Positions 25,731 to 39,219 of a stretch of DNA of 64,000 nucleotides are shown one piece after another; the stretch's first letter is position 1; each line of letters starts with the position of its first letter. The stretch spans positions 15,872,001 through 15,936,000 of the forward strand of contig OX597822.1 in the NCBI GenBank assembly GCA_951406725.2. Reading direction: 5' to 3'. The notes beneath the pieces are model-generated. The model did not search any database, was not told the origin of the DNA, and saw only the letters and a list, made by a program, of their open reading frames with translations. This DNA is from Octopus vulgaris (lineage: Eukaryota). The position numbers were made by a program, and so were the translations under genes.

Positions 25731-27032
25731 TCGCTTTATTAATAACCTGATATTCGTTGAGATGTTTAGCGTTATAAAATTACATTTAATAAATTACGTT
25801 TTCATAATGTAATAGGTACTGACGAAGAATACGTTTTTTTCTTTTTTTCGTAACTTCTATTATCTCCGCTATATGAAATTCATAACATCCTCTTATATTA
25901 TTATTTTATATCTTGACAAACTCAGCCGACTTCTAAATATATTTATTACTGTATCTATTGTTAAGTAGACAATACCTGATTACATACAAGAGCGCTGCTT
26001 CCCATTTCACATGTTTTATTTTCTCTACAGAAATGTAAACAGGATAATGTATTAATACAATAGAAAAGTAAACACGTAAACACATTCTGATGGATTTGAA
26101 TGCAACTATAAGCCACGCAGAATTGAGCTTAATAAACCAATTCGTTATTTTTCGTTTCTAATCTCTGAATTTCCGCAAACGAAAATATAAAAACATATAA
26201 TATAAAGAGTTAAGGCTGTACTCACAAATATATTGTCGAGGATCGTTGCAAGAGAAGGAATAAAAATTATTTCGAATTATTTCGTTCGTATATGATATGG
26301 TATAAATCTATGAATTGTTGTGTTTTAATGAAATTAACATTTAATTACATTCCATATACATCATATATTTTATGAACGCTATTATATAGCAAGTTTGTTG
26401 ATACGTTGCCAGCAAGCAAAATGGAAAGCTGTGCTACTGTGGATGACGTCTAATAAAGCAGAAAACATTCTCGGTTGTTTTGTTTTTTTTGCCCGCTCGT
26501 GTCAAGAATAATGGTAGCTTATCTCTAATATGACCACAATCAAGCATAATGTAATAATTTGTGATGCTAAAAACAAAGAAAATAATCGAAACGTGTAATT
26601 TATTGAGATACGTACACGAATCATATAGATGGAAACAGAATGAAAGGAAGAATTTAGTTAAAATGTGATTATTGAAAACTATAGGATTATTTTGCAGCAC
26701 AGTCTAATGGAGTTGATATGTTCTGCACATGATACCTTCCAATTAGGTATTCCAATTAAGCAGAATACTTTAGGGTATTTCTACTTCAACATAGATTATG
26801 ACAGTTCAAAGCATAATCTGACAATTTTATCACTTGTGACTGCAAGGAGCACACGTATTATATGAAAAATATATAGCATCGTTGACATGTGTAGAAAACA
26901 CAATTTCTACAGGCAGAACATCCGTTTCTCATATATGTAGATATATTTATTATTATACACATATTATTTCTCTTTCTCTCTATCTTTCTTTCTGTCTATC
27001 TATATACCCATGTATATGTTTATATATGTATG

Positions 27033-27098
<66 letters not shown>

Positions 27099-27106
<8 letters not shown>

Positions 27107-27302
27107 ATTGAGGTAATCAGATCAGATGGTTCATATTTGTAGATATTTATTTATATATTACATTTTTTACATATATATCATATCATTCGGATTAGCGCTT
27201 GCTCCCATTCTAGTGGGTTTTCAAATCAAATCAGTTGTGGGTAGTTTGAACCTTTTTATAGTTTCGTAGTAGTGGGTGAGGAGGAAGTGAGACAGAGAGA
27301 AA

Positions 27303-27384
<82 letters not shown>

Positions 27385-27801
27385 ATTTATATCTGAGAGT
27401 GAAGAAGTGTTATTTCCGTTGGTCTGCTGGACCCCCTGTGGTTTTATAAGAACTTTGGCTGTCCATTTCAATGTCACTGAGTGTGTGTTGTGCATAGGTT
27501 GGCCTGGCAAATGTCATTTGGGGTCACACTTTCTATGATCATTCTGTGGAGGTGTGTGTGTGTGTGTGTCTCACACACACACACACGCACACAAAAACAC
27601 ACACAGACACACAGAGACACACACACACACACACCTCCACAGAATGATCATAGAAAGTGTGACCCCAAATGACATTTGCCAGGCCAACCTATGCACAACA
27701 CACACTCAGTGACATTGAAATGGACAGCCAAAGTTCTTATAAAACCACAGGGGGTCCAGCAGACCAACGGAAATAACACTTCTTCACTCTCAGATATAAA
27801 T

Positions 27802-27875
<74 letters not shown>

Positions 27876-28120
27876 ACATATTTTCTCTCTGTCTCACTTC
27901 CTCCTCACCCACTACTACGAAACTATAAAAAGGTTCAAACTACCCACAACTGATTTGATTTGAAAACCCACTAGAATGGGAGCAAGCGCTAATCCGAATG
28001 ATATGATATATATGTAAAAAATGTAATATATAAATAAATATCTACAAATATGAACCATCTGATCTGATTACCTCAATTTTTCTAATATATAATACCTGTA
28101 CATCATCTCCAAACCTTCCG
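27099..28120. mobile_element. Near-perfect ~1-kb palindrome (arms ~27099-27572 / 27614-28086) between (TA)n runs; PLE-terminal-repeat-like
   Basis: Arms are essentially identical apart from the (GT)n tract. The right side carries ~30 extra nt homologous to 3432-3460. Variant hammerhead motif in each arm. Confidence 0.9.
27957..27994 (+). ncRNA. Variant hammerhead-like motif (U3-A8; GAAA>GCAA); mirror copy at 27190-27227 (-)
   Basis: GAT TTGAAAA CCCA-CTAGAA-TGGG A GCAA GCGC TA ATC. Confidence 0.45.
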
Positions 28121-28153
<33 letters not shown>

Positions 28154-28819
28154 TATAGAGGGGAAAGGAGCATATATACATAAACATTCAACATGCATAC
28201 ATAAACACACACACGCGCCGATACACATCCGAACCCAGGCACACACGCACACACGCGCACACACAAACACACACACACGCACGCACGTGCTCGCGCTTGT
28301 ACGGGGTAGACTGAATATTTTTCGATTTAGCCAAGTTGTGGACAATTGCCAATTGCGTGTGTTATTGCGGAGTTATAGAGTATGATATTGAATAGTTAAA
28401 TATCTTTATAGCAAAGCTGTAATTAGCAAGGAAAATTCAGTTTGGAATATACCCAAATGTATTTGAAATGTCTGTAACCTAAGGCAAACTGTAAGAAAAT
28501 CCTATGGCTTAATCTGTATCAATTCTGATATTTCATTGTACCTCTTTGTGGAAAGGACAACTAAATAAATATAATCAAATATGACTACACGTGTTTATCC
28601 GAATGTGAGCGTACCAGCCTGTAAGATGAGTTCATAAATTGGTCATACACACACACACTCACACACATACACGCACACGCACACAGGCACACATGTATGT
28701 ATGAGCATAATTGTTTATATGTGTATGTATGATTATATATGCATACATATTTAGAATTATACAAGTATCAAGCAAGCTATCTAACTATATATGAATATAT
28801 AAATATATATATATATTTA

Positions 28820-28905
28820 TATTCCTGAGCGCCATACTAATACAATTGTTTGTTTGTACTCCACCTGCCTTCGTCTTTTGTTTATTTTCATAAAGCTTCC
28901 CGTTA
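28820..28905 (+). mobile_element. 5'-truncated tail of the hammerhead-element family between (TA)n runs
   Basis: ttcctgagcg..actaatac..tgtttg..cttcgtcttttgttt matches 35440-35515 and 47587-47670. Confidence 0.7.
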
Positions 28906-30861
28906 TATATATATATATATATATATACATACATATATATCTAACTATCTAACACTATATTTATTATATGTATATATATATATTTATATATGTATATATA
29001 CATATAAAGAGAAAGCTTTGTGTGTCTGTGTGTGTAATATATAAATACTTGGTATGCATACAGGACGCCTAACGAGTTAAATTGGAAAATGAAGAGGAAA
29101 ACAATGGGGATAAAGATAATAAAACCTAATGAAAAACAGTTAGTGAAACGGAAAGATAATCGGGACAAAGCGGTGTGTGGATCAATAGCTTAACAATAAA
29201 ATAAGAGGATGCGATGGGGGGAAGAATTTCTTCGTTAGCGCATAGAGAAAACTCCTTGTAACAATATACTCCCCTATTCACATAAGGATATGAAATAAAT
29301 GCTGAATTATAATTTACACTAACTTAGTTTGCCAACGTTTGTCTTACTTTCCAAAGGTCTTATCCCTTGACATATATACTTCGATAAAATTTAGCACTGA
29401 TTCTCATAGCAATAAACCAAGGCGAAGCTCAATGGAACATGTTTTGTCTCGTAAGTAAATGATATATAAATGTTCTTCAAATACATTTATCAGTTGGTTG
29501 TCAACAAATCTTTTTATCTACGTAGAGTGTTCTTTGTACTGTAATCATTTGCATCATAAATATTAAATATAAATGCAGCGTGTTTAACTGAAGCGCAAGT
29601 GTAATGAGAGATCGCGAAATGGAAATCTTTTGCATAAATCTTCATTTGTTAGTTATATCGCGGCATCGCAAGCAGTCACATGCAAATACCCGGAGAGCTT
29701 TTGATATTTAGAACTTGAAATGTGAAGATCAAAAACACACCTAGACATAGACATATACACCCTTTAAAAAGGTCAAGCACACAGGCGCACATACGCAAAC
29801 ACGTTCACAAACACACACGCGCACACACATATATGTATATATAATTAAATTTGTAGTGTAACATAGGTTCACAGAGTAATATGGCTATCCCGGAAATCTC
29901 CTGAGTAGACTGGATTAACAGACCTCATAGTAATCCAATACAGAGTAGTATAATGCAGCTTAAATCCAGGACATCCGATCGATGAAATTATTTCACGAGG
30001 AGTACGTAATCCACAGTATGTCAGTAGGTATGAGAGGTGGATAGGTTTATTTAGCCAAGTGCCATCCTTCGGATTACTGCTGTTTCGCAACCTTCTTCTT
30101 GTAATAATAATTTCAATGTAGAATAAAGTATGTTTGCATGCCTGCACTAATGTAGATGCTACACATCGTACACTGCAATTATATATTCACAGCTCAAGGC
30201 AGATACAAGACGTTAGCTCATCAGAACGTCCGAATATCCTCGTTAGACCATTGATTCAATTCATTCGACCAAATGTCTTGTCTCCAAGTCGGTGCCGCAG
30301 CATGGTAGCTGTCCAGTGACTGATAGAATTAAAATATAAAAGATATAAATTTTAATATGCAAGAAAAAAAAAGAAAATCTCGAATATCCGAAACGTATTT
30401 CCAGAGATCTACAAATCGTAAATTTCCACAAAGTGCACCAACTCTTTTAGCATTTGCAAGTATAATCAGTGAATGCCTCATTGGCATACTGAATGTGTTT
30501 ACAATTTGTGAAGATTTCCAGATATTGCAATGACAATAGTCAAGATGAAAGAATTTACGGTTGTTGAAACAAAAATACATCCAGTTACTTGAGAAACTCC
30601 GACACTCAAGTAAATTGGAGTCACCTAACATGTTGCATGGTGTTGGAATAATCTAACAAACTCAAGTGTCACAAGAATAAACTGCTAGTTAAAATGTAAT
30701 CAATAGAATTTAACATAGAAAATACTGGTGGACAGAAACTCGTCACGATGAAAATACGTCCCTTGATTAGGATAAAAGATGCAAAAGACATGCCGTGACA
30801 GGCTGAATATTGAACGTGAAGCGGGTGGTAACGAAAATGGAAGAAACGAGATTGAATTTAA

Positions 30862-31250
30862 TATTCTTTTCTACTCTAGGGACAAGGCCAGAAATTTTGG
30901 GGGAGTGAGTCAGTCGATTAGATCGCAACTGGTACTTAATTTATCGACCCCGATAGGATGAAAGGTAAAGTCGTCCTCGGCGAAATTTGAACTCAGAACG
31001 TAAAAACAGATGAACTACCTATTTCTTTACTACCCACAAGGGGCTAAATACAGAGAGGACAAACAAGGACAAACAAACGGATTAAGTCGATTATATCGAT
31101 CCCAGTGCGTAACTGGTACTTATTTAATCGACGCCGAAAGGATGAAAGGTAAAGTCGAACTCGGCGGAATTTGAACTCAGAACGTAGCGGCAGACGAAAT
31201 ACCGCTAAGCATTTCGCCCGGCGCGCTAACGTTTCTGCCAGCTCGCCGAC
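30862..31250 (-). mobile_element. SINE family C dimer (full unit with tail 1 plus 5'-truncated unit with tail 2)
   Basis: GAGCTGGCAGAAACGTTAGC head, GAGTTCAAATT B-box in both units; same layout as 38042-38455. Confidence 0.85.
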
Positions 31251-31299
31251 TGGGATTCAATTTATTGAAATGTTTAATATAGCGCCAGACTACAGTTAC

Positions 31300-31612
31300 G
31301 ATGCTGGCTTGAAACCACGGGGTTCCTGGTTCAGTTCCACTAATATCGCCTCGGACAGACCTATAATTTTGAAGAAAATTTAGTTGATGGAAACTGTGTA
31401 GAAGTCTGTGGATGGGTGACAAACACAGACAGAGATACATGTGTTGAAAATTGGTATCGGTTTATCTACGTCCCTGTAACTTAGCAGTTCGGTCACAGCA
31501 ACCAATAGAATAAATAACATACTAGAACAAAAGGCCAAGGCGATGGAGTTTGATTAACATTCTACAGTAAAATGTGTCAGTATGGCTGCAATCCAATGAA
31601 TGACACAGATAA
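31300..31612 (+). mobile_element. Decayed SINE family A copy
   Basis: ggttcagttccac, ggaaactg, gtaacttagcagttcgg and tail remnants. Confidence 0.65.
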
Positions 31613-32625
31613 AAGGCGCTGCTCATAAAGTGTCACAAAATTTCGTTGCTGAGTTTTCAAATATCGTTATTGGTGAAAATGCTAAAAACTGAAGGAAACA
31701 ATTTATCTGCAATTATCGCTCCGGGAAAACATTCACTACATCTAATAAGATACCATTTCTATGAGTCAGGGATGCAGAAGCCGATAATCTGAGCCGATTT
31801 ATTCTATTATAGTAATCATCCCTAACTGAAACAAATTTCTCTGTGTGGGAAATCCATCACCACCGGTTTGCAAGTGTGAATTTTCATTTGATAATTATAC
31901 TCAAAAGTTACACCAGTACTTTTCACTCCTAGCTAATTGCTTTCCCTCCAGTTGAATATCTAGAGAAACCGAAATGTGTTATTCTTTGTATTTAGCATAA
32001 GCGACAATATTTCTTCAGCCACGTGACGAACACTCTGGTAGATTATTGAAAACGAAATATAAAAATTATGTTTTCAGCAGAATACGGGACTCTCCCCACT
32101 CTCTCTCTCTCCCTCTCTCTCTCTCATGGATATACACACACGCGTAAACCTGTGAAGTGACCGATTAAAATGTCACTGTGAACGTTCATATTTGATGAGC
32201 CTACGTAAATTCAATGTGAAAAACAAACAAACTCATGCTGCAGTAATTATCTTTAAAACGTTCCCCTTAACTAGAACGTGTCACTGAATAACGACATTGA
32301 AATAAACACCACACGTTTTCTATGACATCTCAGTCGTTCGAACCCTAGTGGAAGACCATGGTCCTAGCATGAAATCAGCACGAATTATATCTGCTGGCGT
32401 GAGCAAATATTTGTCAGGTTGAAATTAATTTTTATTACACTCAGCAGTGACGAGTGGAATGCTGTTGTGTTCATATATACTTAATAGCCTTCGAAGAAGT
32501 AAACGCAACGAACATCGTTCAACAATTGTGCGTGCGCGGGCGTGCTAAATGTGAGTGCACACGTGTGGAAATTTACAACCGAAGATACATATGAGCATAA
32601 GACCGCACGCATACACATACATATA

Positions 32626-32684
<59 letters not shown>

Positions 32685-32750
32685 TTATTATTATTATCAT
32701 TATTACTACTACTATTATTATTATTATTATTATTATACATATGTATATAT

Positions 32751-32915
32751 AGTAATTCCCCCCCCCAAAACGAAGAAAACAAGAACGCGTGGACATGATA
32801 CGTGTAAAGTATTAGCAGACTCTCAGGGAAGGAAAGAATGGTGGTTAAACGTTTCGAGCAAAGCTCATCTTCAGAAACACAGAAGACGGAGAAAGACAAT
32901 CGGCAACGATTCACA
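32751..32915 (-). mobile_element. Short hammerhead-bearing element in microsatellite DNA
   Basis: Homologous to 17992-18152. Confidence 0.8.
32844..32878 (-). ncRNA. Minimal type-I hammerhead motif
   Basis: GTTT CTGAAGA T GAGC TTT GCTC GAAA C GTT TAAC. Confidence 0.65.
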
Positions 32916-32919
32916 TGTG

Positions 32920-33729
<810 letters not shown>

Positions 33730-33733
<4 letters not shown>

Positions 33734-33846
33734 ATCCAAGCATGAAAACACAAAGAGAAAACACAATAACGCGAGGACGTGGATCAAATATAGTATTATA
33801 AGACGCTCAGGATGGAAGGGAAGAATGAGGGTTTAACGTTTCGAGC
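33730..33846 (-). mobile_element. Hammerhead element truncated inside stem II
   Basis: GCTC GAAA C GTT AAAC at 33831-33846 plus family tail running into (AACT)n/(TA)n. Confidence 0.7.
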
Positions 33847-34104
33847 ATATATCTTTATTTCCCTGAAAAGCTATTGCTTTACAAAAGGTTAAAGTAAAAA
33901 CTAATACCCAAGATTTTGCTTACTTCCACTAAACTTTGATTGTTTTATTGGAGAGGATGTATGTCAGCTCATTGTGTTATTCAAGTCACATCAGGTTGTA
34001 TCTTCAATTCAATTTTTCCAAGGGAGACAATAAATGCCATTACAATACATAACGGTTTGAATTGGCCTCAAATTCGAAACCTTGTATCCAGGTAGCATAA
34101 TTCC

Positions 34105-34285
34105 TTGAGTTTTGGGGGGGAAATGCCTCGTGTAATATCTTCCGGTTCTTTGAATTTAGACTTTAATATCGACTTGGCTTTTCAATATTCCAGAAACAAT
34201 AAAATAAGATACCAGCTGAATACGAGGGTCGCTGTAACTGACTTACCTCTTCTTTAAATCTAACGCTCTCTATCTATGCGAGTAA
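34105..34285 (+). mobile_element. Highly decayed SINE family C copy
   Basis: gaaatgc, tcgacttggcttttca, ataagataccag, ggtcg..gtaactgactt. Confidence 0.5.
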
Positions 34286-35364
34286 CAACAAAGGAAATTT
34301 AGGCTACCGGACTAAATACAGTCTTTCTTTAATTCGGTATAATTTACCTGCTCATAGACGCATTGATGCATTTTGCTACTAGGCTTTTGGTATCGAGAAA
34401 ATAAATTGATAAGGAGAAGAAATATTTACTCAAATTTACTCAAAATGCGTGGCTTTCAATGTTTCCAGTAATCCTGAATACTGTGATCCTAACGATGGAT
34501 GTAACGGAATTCACATTAATGTTTAAAACTGCAATTAAATTACTGAATTCGCTGGCATCAACAGAACATGATCATAAAATCATTTATTTATTGTCCAATA
34601 TAAAATAGATGAAATCCTCCTAAACTTCCTAGTCTTAAAATCATTCGAAAAACGGAATACATTCAATCGAAGATCAAATATCGATTTCTACCGTAGCAGA
34701 AACCCATGCGTTTGAATGGCAAGACAATAAATTTTAATCCAATGTTTGACGGGTTATGTTTTATCCACGAACGTCATTTCATATGAAGATTTTACAGACC
34801 AGGATCTGAATCGAAGATGGTGTGATAGGGTCTAAAATATGGACAGTCTTTCGACCACATCTTGACCTTTCATCACTCATTAATATAAAGGTATATGCAG
34901 GTAAAAATAGACATAAACTCAGAACTTTTTTAAATACAAAGACGGATGTCAGTCTAAGTATACACGGAGAAGAAAATATCAATTGTAGCTTTTATTACAA
35001 GCAACAGCTTTATCTTATTGCACACAGTCCAGTTTTATGTGTTTCGAAATTGATTTGTTTGTTGAGTCAAAGGCTCTAACATCCTAAAAATGTAATTTTA
35101 TTACGCACAAATCTTGCTTTTTCGGGGAGACTTTGATCAAATCACTTTTCGAAGATGTAAAACTGCAAGTTCCTTCGGTTTCCGGATCCACTGGAATAAT
35201 ATCAATATGATAAAACTGTACAAACACACATACACATATGTATGCACATAGTCAAATCTAAGGATATGCAGATATACATATATGCTTGTGTGTGTGTGTA
35301 TGTATGTATACATATATGTATCCGTGTGCATGTGCGCATTTGTGTATGGATATATATTATTTAT

Positions 35365-35517
35365 TCTCTCTCTGATTATTTCCTCCTGTTCCTTTCTGTT
35401 GGCGAGCGTATGCTCGAAACGTAAAAGACTTTCTCACCTTCCCGAGCGTCAAACTAATACACCTGTTTGTTGTTTATGCCCCTGTCTTCGACTTTTGTTT
35501 TTCTGTAAATTTGATCT
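35365..35517 (+). mobile_element. Short hammerhead-element copy (second subfamily) ending in (TA)n
   Basis: CTTT CTGTTGG C GAGC GTAT GCTC GAAA C GTA AAAG at 35392-35427 (core mutated); homologous to 47476-47673. Confidence 0.75.
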
Positions 35518-35589
35518 ATATATATATATATATATGCAATATAAAAGAAATATATAACTGAGAGTGACAGTCAGCATTAATATATATAA

Positions 35590-35795
35590 TGGAGAGTTAA
35601 TGCGCTGGACAAAATGCTTCGTGGGATGTCCATTGTCTTTACGTTTGGTTTTCAAGTTCTGTCGAGGTCGACTTTGCCTTCATCCAATCAAGATCGATAA
35701 AATAAGTAAAAGATCAACACCGAGGGTGATATAATTGACTTACTTCTTCTTCCGATAATGTTGGCATTGTGTCAAAATTTGAAGCCAGTATTCAT
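35590..35795 (+). mobile_element. Decayed SINE family C copy
   Basis: cgaggtcgactttgccttcatcc ... tcgataaaataagta. Confidence 0.6.
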
Positions 35796-36104
35796 AAATG
35801 GTTCTGTAGTCTCCCACCGGGTGAACCAACAAATATAATATTATTGCACAAATCAGCCACTGAACGACAGGAACGAAATCATATCAGGAAGCTGATGTCA
35901 AATGATAATATTTTTCCAATATTAGTCTCAACCACAAACTGGAATAACACTAATCAGCATTTCATCCACAGTATACACATGAGACACATACACAAGAATC
36001 GAACCACAAACAATTGTGATTCATTTCATGATAATGTATTTCTATAAATAATTTATAGAAACCAAAATCTTCTGTCCTATTTACATCATTCTGTGTATTT
36101 ATTA

Positions 36105-36493
36105 CTAGCAGTATCGTCCGGCGTTGCTCGGGTTTGTTTCAACCCTTTAGAATTGGAATTTTTGAAAAGTAAAAATTGTGCATTATGTAGCTTGTTATTC
36201 TCTTTAAGTGAACATTTTTCTGGTTGAAATACACCGAAAAATAGCGATACAGCAGTCAAAAATTCGTAAAAACTGGGGATTTTCATAGAAAAAAAAAGCA
36301 TCTTTTTTATGTAAATTTTTGGTGTTAACATGGTCCGATTTGAATATTTTCTTCTACGAAAGGAAGAGCAAGCCTTCTTCTAACAAACTCTCGATTTTGA
36401 TCAACTTGCGCCGCAGGGTCTCGGAGGAGATAGTGTTAGTTGAAGGCTACCAAACCTGCCATACACAGACAACTTCAGCTAAGTATATAGAGA
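36105..36493 (-). mobile_element. Non-autonomous Helitron (~390 bp)
   Basis: Minus strand A|TCTCTATATA ... CCCGAGCAACGCCGGAC hairpin ... CTAG|T; termini similar to 4119-6984. Confidence 0.85.
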
Positions 36494-38041
36494 TTACTTT
36501 ATCAACGCTGCATCAAGTAGACTCTCGGATCTTGTTATACATCTCAGTTCACAATGCGACTCTTCGCATTGTTGTTGATTTCAAATGATCTTTCCCTGTT
36601 GGCAAAGGCGGACAGTTCAAAATATTTGTTATAATTACTTTTTTTATTACGCTGGAATATGTATTATAATTACTTATTATAACAATTAAATATCTATAAT
36701 AACTACGTTTATATCTGAACATCATTTAAAATTTACTTCAATTTCAATTGAAAACATCAAGGAAAACTATTTTTCATATAACCACAACTCATTTATTAGC
36801 CACCTTTTAGGCAAAGGATCACTTACGTTGTTTAAAGTATAACTGTAAACAGCTTGAAAAAGTATTTTAGCATTACTTCATGGTTTATATACATAATGAC
36901 GGTTTGCGTATTGGAAATTAGCAATGTTCAGAAGAAATTTATTTAATGTAATAAATTCAGTTTGTTTATATTTTTGATTCAGTAATTCTACAATAAAAAG
37001 CACCAAATTTACACAGATTTAACATTGAATAAGTACACTATAATGATGTTAACTTCTTGATTTCACGCTTTCTATGTGTCAATGTTTACGTATACATGTA
37101 TTTTTTATGTGTGCATCTGCATGAATTTGTGTCTTTAAGTGCATGTGTCCGTGCATGTGTTCACGTTTTAAACATGAAATTTATGAAGGGAAAATCTCAC
37201 GTTTGGATTTCGTGACATCGTAAGACGAAGAAAAAAATTACATAGAGTATTTTAGTTTCATAATATGTATTTTCGAGATCTGCCTTACTCTTACTATGGT
37301 CAATATGTTTAATGCTTCCTTCTTTCAAAGTAAATTTGAAAACTTCTTTATAGCCGCTTTATCTGCTAGAAAGAGCAACAAAATCTTCCTCAAATCAATC
37401 TATATCACCGAAAATATAGCTTGAACAGTATGGTCCTAGATTTATAGATACATGCGATATTCATTGCTAGAACAACTTTAAACATGTTCGATCGAATTCA
37501 TTGGTACTGAACTAGAAAAAAAATATTTACCCTAGTAATTTGATTTGTACTTTTCCATATTCCGGATAAGTAAGCCGTAACCTCATTGCTTCCCCTCGCA
37601 ATGTGTGGCACCATTTCCAAGGTGTTGTTTATAGCGCTGTCCTGTCACATGTAGTCATACTATTAGCGTCAAGGGGCATCTTTGTTATGTTCTACTCTTG
37701 AATATCGTTGATGTGGAAAGTCAGTCTCATTTCGTCATTAGCGATCAATCGAAATTGACAGAACATTCCGCATAATCTATCACCACTTAATATCAACAAG
37801 GTAACGTGCAATATAGCAAATTTATTCAGAAAAAATTGTCGCTCGGGTTGTGAACAACTGATAGTATTTATCATGCTTGAGAAGCAATTCATACGACAAG
37901 GATATATATTAAAGTACTTTTAAGGCTAATTCAGGGAGAATGTGTTATAGTTTTAGTGAAGCAGAATAGAATACAATCACACACTGAAATCTATACAAAT
38001 ACTTCATTGAGTCAAACTATAAATTTCTCTCGAAATCTTTA

Positions 38042-38455
38042 GCCGGGCAAAATGCTCAGCGAGCTGGCAGAAACGTTAGCACGCCGGATGAAATGCTTAG
38101 CGGTATTTCGTCTGTCGTTATGTTGTGAGTTCAAATTCCGCCGAGGTTGACTTTGCCTTTCATCCTTTCGGGGTCGATTAATTAAGTACCAGTTACGCAC
38201 TGGGGTCGATGTAATCGACTTAATACCTATGTCTGTCCTTGTTTGTCCCCTCTTTGTTTAGCCCCTTGTGGGTAATAAAGAAATAGGTATTTGGTCTGCC
38301 GCTACGTTCTGAGTTCAAATTCCGCCGAGGTCGACTTTGCCTTTCATCCTTTCGGCGTCAATAAATTAAGTACCAGCGAAATACTGAGGTCGATGTGATC
38401 GACTAGTCCCCTCCCACCAATTTCAGGCCCTGTACCTATAGTAGAAAGGATTATC
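38042..38455 (+). mobile_element. SINE family C dimer or SINE-in-SINE
   Basis: Full unit ~38058-38286, second unit from ggtatttggtctg, different tails. Confidence 0.85.
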
Positions 38456-38457
38456 AT

Positions 38458-39132
38458 TATTATATATTGCCTTTGCACAGCTTCTAACGCTGGTGATGTA
38501 TTACAGTGTCAGCTGTTCACTACCAGTGAATTAAGGTAACACCTCTTATTTTTAGAGCACCTGCCGGAGTATTCGAGCGGTTCCAAGCAGTGCTGTTTTC
38601 TGCAAGTGCTCCACCCTTATTGCAACCCCTATTTGTTCCACATACTTCTCGAGATTTTTGCTCACTGTTCCCAGGGCTCGAGAATTACTACTACCTTTTT
38701 CATTGACCACAACTGCTTAACTTCCCAAGTTAAATTGTAATATCTCTCGACTTTTCTTTCTTCCTTATCACATAACTTGTTGTCAGTTGGACATGCTATA
38801 TATATGATCCAGCATAGTTTGTTTTCTTTCTCAATTAAGACTGTGTCTGGCTTCCTATTCTCTATCTCATGGTCGCACTGAATCATAAAATCCCATAGGA
38901 TCTTTGCATTTCTATTTTCGACGATGACTTCAGGTTCGTGGTCGTACAAATTTTTTGCTCTGTCAAGTCCATACTTGTTGCAAAGTATCCAATGGACAAG
39001 CCTGGCTAAATTGTCGTGACGTCTCTTATATTCCTTCTGGGCCAGTGACGTACATTGGCTGGTTATATGCTATACAGTTTCACCATTTTGTCCACAGATT
39101 CTGCACATATCACTTTCTGCTGTGTTGTCTAT

Positions 39133-39135
<3 letters not shown>
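38458..39135 (-). mobile_element. 3' fragment of a LINE with a restriction-like endonuclease (R4/Dong-like)
   Basis: WDFMIQCDHEIENRKPDTVLIEK, IACP and QKTALLGTARILRQVL*; flanked by TAA-type repeats. Confidence 0.85.

Positions 39136-39218
<83 letters not shown>
39135..39218. repeat. (ATT)n(AGT)n microsatellite
   Basis: Direct reading. Confidence 0.95.

Positions 39219-39219
<1 letters not shown>

Noticed and set aside
34790-34905. Exon-like AG..GT segment
   Set aside because: Stop codons in all three frames; no other support.
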